A stretch of 62,264 nt of DNA from a virus: the IMG/VR virus record IMGVR_UViG_3300015078_000002, positions 1-62,264 of that record. One strand, 5' to 3'. The notes beneath the pieces were generated by a model that was not told the origin of the DNA, searched no databases, and saw only the letters and a list, made by a program, of their open reading frames with translations. Both the position numbers and the translations under genes were made by a program. This document shows positions 59,457-62,264 of the stretch, one piece after another; position 1 is the first letter of the stretch, and every line of letters starts with the position of its first letter.

Positions 59457-60847
59457 GGCGCGCCCGACGTCAACCACGACGGCACGATCATGCGCAAGCC
59501 CGGCTGATACGGGTTCCACTCGCGCCCCAGCCCCTTCACTTCGGCCCGCACCGCCGCGCCCACGTGCGCCGTCATCTCGCGCTGCATGTTGGCGTAGTCC
59601 GCCTCCTTGCGCTGGTAGTTCCGCACGATCTCGCTCTCGAGCTCGGACCGCACCATGTCCACCACTACCTCGTGCCTCTGCCCGAAGCGCCAGAACCTTC
59701 TGATCGCCTGGAAAGTCCGCTCGAACGAATGCGACGCTCCTACGAAGATCGTCCGGTGGCAACGCTGTAGGTTGAGCCCGAACCCCAGCATCGAGCTCTT
59801 GCCAATCATGCATCGTACCTCGCCGCGCAGCCACGCCGCGATCATCTCCTCGGCTTCGTCGTCCGGCGTGGAGCCCTCGATGCTCACGCAATCGTCGCCG
59901 AGCGCGCGCTCCATGGCGTGCTGCTCGTCGTTCAGGTCGACCCACACCACGAACTGCTCGCCCGGCTCTCGAGCAATGATCTCGGCTGACTTCGCGACAC
60001 GGGTGTCAATCGTCGCCCGCTTGGCGGCGCGCTGCTCATCGAGCGTCCGAGCCTGTAGCGCGAACAACGTCCCCGACGCGGCGATGTCATGGCCCGTTGC
60101 GGGTACCACGTGCTCGACCATGCGGAGCGGCGGCAAGCTGTAGGCCCCGTCGTCGTAGCCGAGATCGCTGGGCTTGGCCACCACCGCGCCCCACGTGGCG
60201 ACCCAGCGCCAGAACGGGGTGACCGCGTGGCCCTTGACCCGCCAGTCCTGCGTGCTGCCGCCATCGTGCACAAAAAACTCCGCGAGCATCTCGGTCCGCG
60301 ACTTGAGGCCCAGGAACTCGCTGTGGTTGCCGAGTTCGGTGAAGTCATTCGGCGCCGGCGTCGCTGTGCCGGCCAGCCTGAACGGGGTGTTGCGGAATGC
60401 CTCGATGATCTGCGTCCTCTGCTTGCCGTCAAAGGACTTCAGGCGCGACGATTCGTCTAGGATCACGCCGACGAAGTTGCTCGGATCGAACTTGTGCAGC
60501 TTCTCGTAGTTGGTGATCACGATTCGCTGCGCTGGGTCGTCAGCGTGCAGGTACCGAGCGTCGACGCCGAACCGCTCACCCTCGGCTGCGATCTGCGGAC
60601 CCACGGCGAGCGGCGCGAGGATCAACACGCGACCGCGCTCGGCCACGTGGCGCGCGTACTCGAGCTCCATGGCCGTCTTGCCCAGTCCCGTCGCCGCCAA
60701 CTGCGCGGCCCGCCCGCGGCGCAACGCCCATCGCACGAGGTCGCGCTGGTGCGGGAACAGGTGCGGCGCCAGGCCGTCGGGGCCGACGTCGAACCCTACG
60801 GCGGGGGCTGCGGCGCTCTTGCGAGCGATGATCTCCTCGTAGGTCAC
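59453..60847 (-). CDS. SNF2/DEAD-like superfamily 2 helicase
   Basis: GTG 60847. ...ATGLGKT (I), ...ILDESS (II), ...LAGTATPAPN (III), C-terminal helicase lobe ...SSMLGFGLNLQ... The track ORF N-terminal extension was rejected. Confidence 0.8.
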   Translation of the reverse strand: MTYEEIIARKSAAAPAVGFDVGPDGLAPHLFPHQRDLVRWALRRGRAAQLAATGLGKTAMELEYARHVAERGRVLILAPLAVGPQIAAEGERFGVDARYLHADDPAQRIVITNYEKLHKFDPSNFVGVILDESSRLKSFDGKQRTQIIEAFRNTPFRLAGTATPAPNDFTELGNHSEFLGLKSRTEMLAEFFVHDGGSTQDWRVKGHAVTPFWRWVATWGAVVAKPSDLGYDDGAYSLPPLRMVEHVVPATGHDIAASGTLFALQARTLDEQRAAKRATIDTRVAKSAEIIAREPGEQFVVWVDLNDEQHAMERALGDDCVSIEGSTPDDEAEEMIAAWLRGEVRCMIGKSSMLGFGLNLQRCHRTIFVGASHSFERTFQAIRRFWRFGQRHEVVVDMVRSELESEIVRNYQRKEADYANMQREMTAHVGAAVRAEVKGLGREWNPYQPGLRMIVPSWLTSGAP

Positions 60848-60864
60848 GTTTACAGCACTACTAC
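60848..60864 (-). promoter_or_regulatory. GTAGC-N6-GTAAAC motif copy at a gene junction
   Basis: GTAGT-AGTGCT-GTAAAC directly abutting GTG 60847. The TAG stop of the upstream gene is inside GTAGT. Confidence 0.4.
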
Positions 60865-61157
60865 GTCCGCGGCTTGCGGTCAACCCATGGCGCGAACGGA
60901 GATGGTGCTCTCCGGCCCATCTCGACCAGCAACGCCCGCGCCTGGTACAGCACGGTCTGGCCCTCGTGCTCCATGTACCCGGGCGGCACGATCCGCTCGA
61001 GCCTCTCCACCACATCCAGCAGACGATCGCGCTCGGCTGTGCGGATCTCGAGGAGCGCCGTGTACTCCGGGATCATCGTCTCGACGTCGCTACCGATCGC
61101 GTAGCGCTGGGGTTCGGGCGCGCGAAGCTGGCGAGGCGCGATCGTCTTGCGCGTCAC
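60861..61157 (-). CDS. Hypothetical protein (98 aa)
   Basis: GTG 61157 in a GTGA overlap. TRKTIAPRQLRAPEPQRYAIGSDVETMIPEYTALLEIRTAERDRLL... Confidence 0.55.
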   Translation of the reverse strand: MTRKTIAPRQLRAPEPQRYAIGSDVETMIPEYTALLEIRTAERDRLLDVVERLERIVPPGYMEHEGQTVLYQARALLVEMGRRAPSPFAPWVDRKPRT

Positions 61158-61360
61158 CGCAGCCCTCGATTCTTCAGCGTGTTGCTGATCCCTGTCTCGA
61201 CGATTCCGAGCTCGTTCGCGATCGACCGGTGAGACCGACCCGGGTCTTCGGTGATCATCTTGATCGCAAGCTGCGACGCCGAGCACGTTCCGTTGCGAGC
61301 GTTGTGGCCGACCTCGCCGCAAAACGAGCAGCGGCTATGACTCCCCCGTGGCCGGCTCAC
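61154..61360 (-). CDS. Zn-knuckle plus HTH small protein (68 aa)
   Basis: GTG 61360 in a GTGA overlap. ...CSFCGEVGHNARNGTC... then ...SHRSIANELGIVETGISNTLKNRG (HTH-like). Confidence 0.5.
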   Translation of the reverse strand: MSRPRGSHSRCSFCGEVGHNARNGTCSASQLAIKMITEDPGRSHRSIANELGIVETGISNTLKNRGLR

Positions 61361-61647
61361 CGGCACCCGACCGTCTCGCCCGGCTCGATCACCGGTAGCG
61401 TGGGTCGGTCGCAGTAGACCCTGCCCTCGATCATCCACGAGGGTTGCACCCCACGCTCGGGCCTGCCCCACGTGCCATCGTAGTCGGGATCGCCGGTCGG
61501 CCTGGGCCAGCACTGGAACCTCCCATCCCGTCGCACGCCCGTTCGTAGGTCAGCACCGGCGGGACAGCGAGATCGATGCGGCCTGGTCACGTATCCGATT
61601 CCCATCACCAAACATGTGATCACGAATGCGACAATCGCCAGCCTCAC
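61357..61647 (-). CDS. Membrane-anchored hypothetical protein (96 aa)
   Basis: GTG 61647 after GAGGGAGAA. RLAIVAFVITCLVMGIGYV (TM)... Confidence 0.55.
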   Translation of the reverse strand: MRLAIVAFVITCLVMGIGYVTRPHRSRCPAGADLRTGVRRDGRFQCWPRPTGDPDYDGTWGRPERGVQPSWMIEGRVYCDRPTLPVIEPGETVGCR

Positions 61648-61823
61648 TTCTCCCTCGGGCGCAACGGGCTGCGGCCGACCAACCGTGGTTCGCTCTCGAA
61701 TTGGTCGGCGCGGCGCAGCGCGCGAACGTGGGCGATCCAGACACGGGCGGTCATCGCCAGCGTCGCGAGAAACAACACCGCCTGCCCGCCCACCAACAGC
61801 ACCGAGACTAGGCGTAGGTTCAT
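61644..61823 (-). CDS. Small membrane protein (59 aa)
   Basis: ATG 61823 after GAAAGGAAC. MNLRLVSVLLVGGQAVLFLATLAMTARVWIAHVRALRR... Just below the ORF-track cut-off. Confidence 0.5.
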   Translation of the reverse strand: MNLRLVSVLLVGGQAVLFLATLAMTARVWIAHVRALRRADQFESEPRLVGRSPLRPREK

Positions 61824-61944
61824 AACGGTTCCTTTCGGGAATTCCCCCTCGGCTACAATTGATCGGTTCGCCTCGTCTGTGATGTCGCAAAGTGATGCAC
61901 CGTCGAATACCGCCGTAGGTCGCTGTGTACGTTGCTGGCATAGG

Positions 61945-62064
61945 TCAGCGCCGGCCGCGGAGCCAGTCGACCACCGACCGCACCGCGACTCGCTGAAGAA
62001 ACAGAGCGCCCCACACGAAGCTGGCGAAGCCGCGCCAGAACGGCTCTTGGTCCGGTGCCATCAT
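61945..62064 (-). CDS. Small hypothetical protein (39 aa)
   Basis: ATG 62064 in an ATGA overlap with the repeat-protein stop. MMAPDQEPFWRGFASFVWGALFLQRVAVRSVVDWLRGRR. Confidence 0.4.
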   Translation of the reverse strand: MMAPDQEPFWRGFASFVWGALFLQRVAVRSVVDWLRGRR

Positions 62065-62264
62065 CCGACCGCGAGCAGCGCGATGTCCGCGATCGACATC
62101 CCCTCGATCCCCTCTCGCGCGGCGCAGGTGACCAGCGCGACCGCCGGGCCTCCGATCTCTTGCTCTGGAAAGCCGTTGCCGTAGCCGTCGCCGTCGCCGT
62201 CGCCGTTGCCGTAGCCGTCGCCGTCGCCGTCGCCGTTGCCGTAGCCGTAGCCGTCGCCGTCGCC
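62061..62264 (-). CDS. X-Gly dipeptide-repeat protein, 3' portion (62210-62264 duplicates 1-55)
   Basis: Reads ...GDGDGDGYGNGFPEQEIGGPAVALVTCAAREGIEGMSIADIALLAVG, stop TGA 62063-62061. Confidence 0.6.
   Translation of the reverse strand, partial: GDGDGYGYGNGDGDGDGYGNGDGDGDGYGNGFPEQEIGGPAVALVTCAAREGIEGMSIADIALLAVG
62172..62264. repeat. Tandem hexanucleotide repeat (GCCGTN)n, continuation of 1-220
   Basis: Direct reading. GCC GTT GCC GTA GCC GTC ... runs to the window end. Confidence 0.95.

Noticed and set aside
1-62264. Integrase, excisionase, transposase or partition genes (lysogeny or mobility module)
   Set aside because: None of the called proteins shows tyrosine or serine recombinase, DDE transposase or ParA/ParB signatures at recall level. 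Temperate versus lytic lifestyle is therefore left open.

Overview
GC-rich (roughly two-thirds G+C by eye, not computed) dsDNA tailed-phage genome that appears complete. The first 55 nt are identical to the last 55 nt, so the window closes into a unit of about 62,209 bp. I call about 100 protein-coding genes, more than 90% of them on the minus strand. They are packed tightly, with about 40 four-nt start/stop overlaps (ATGA/GTGA/TTGA) and frequent GTG/TTG starts. Many long ORFs in the supplied track are high-GC artefacts (Arg/Pro/Ala-rich, wrong frame) and were not called.

Modules, in window order:
- Replication/early genes (RHH regulator, initiator with internal iterons, G39P-like helicase loader) and a YqaJ exonuclease plus annealing-protein recombination pair.
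- A plus-strand amidase endolysin cassette that converges on membrane protein and lipoprotein genes.
- A Mu/P2-like contractile-tail and baseplate block: fibres, J, W, V, hub, tape measure, frameshifted chaperone, tube, sheath.
- Head genes: major capsid, scaffold, MuF-like, portal.
- A cluster of Cys-rich lipoprotein paralogs.
- terL, preceded by small Zn-ribbon genes and a CxxCH lipoprotein.
- A regulator-rich block (PadR, wHTH) and a heparinase II/III-like lyase.
- rusA, dnaN, an N4/N6 methyltransferase and an SNF2 helicase. A C5 methyltransferase sits in the head module.

No rRNA, complete tRNA, CRISPR array, integrase, transposase or reverse transcriptase was recognised.

Most unusual observations:
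- A junction-spanning gene made of 43 X-Gly dipeptides built from a (GGC-NAC) hexamer repeat.
- A recurrent bipartite 17-bp motif GTAGC-N6-GTAAAC that sits at many gene starts and often gives leaderless-looking promoters.
- Four plus-strand gene islands that abut minus-strand genes tail-to-tail with no spacer. One is a 4-gene cassette wedged between the scaffold and capsid genes.
- A paralogous Cys-rich lipoprotein family with an embedded tRNA-like T-arm minihelix.

All functional calls are from motif recall and gene order. No database search was run.
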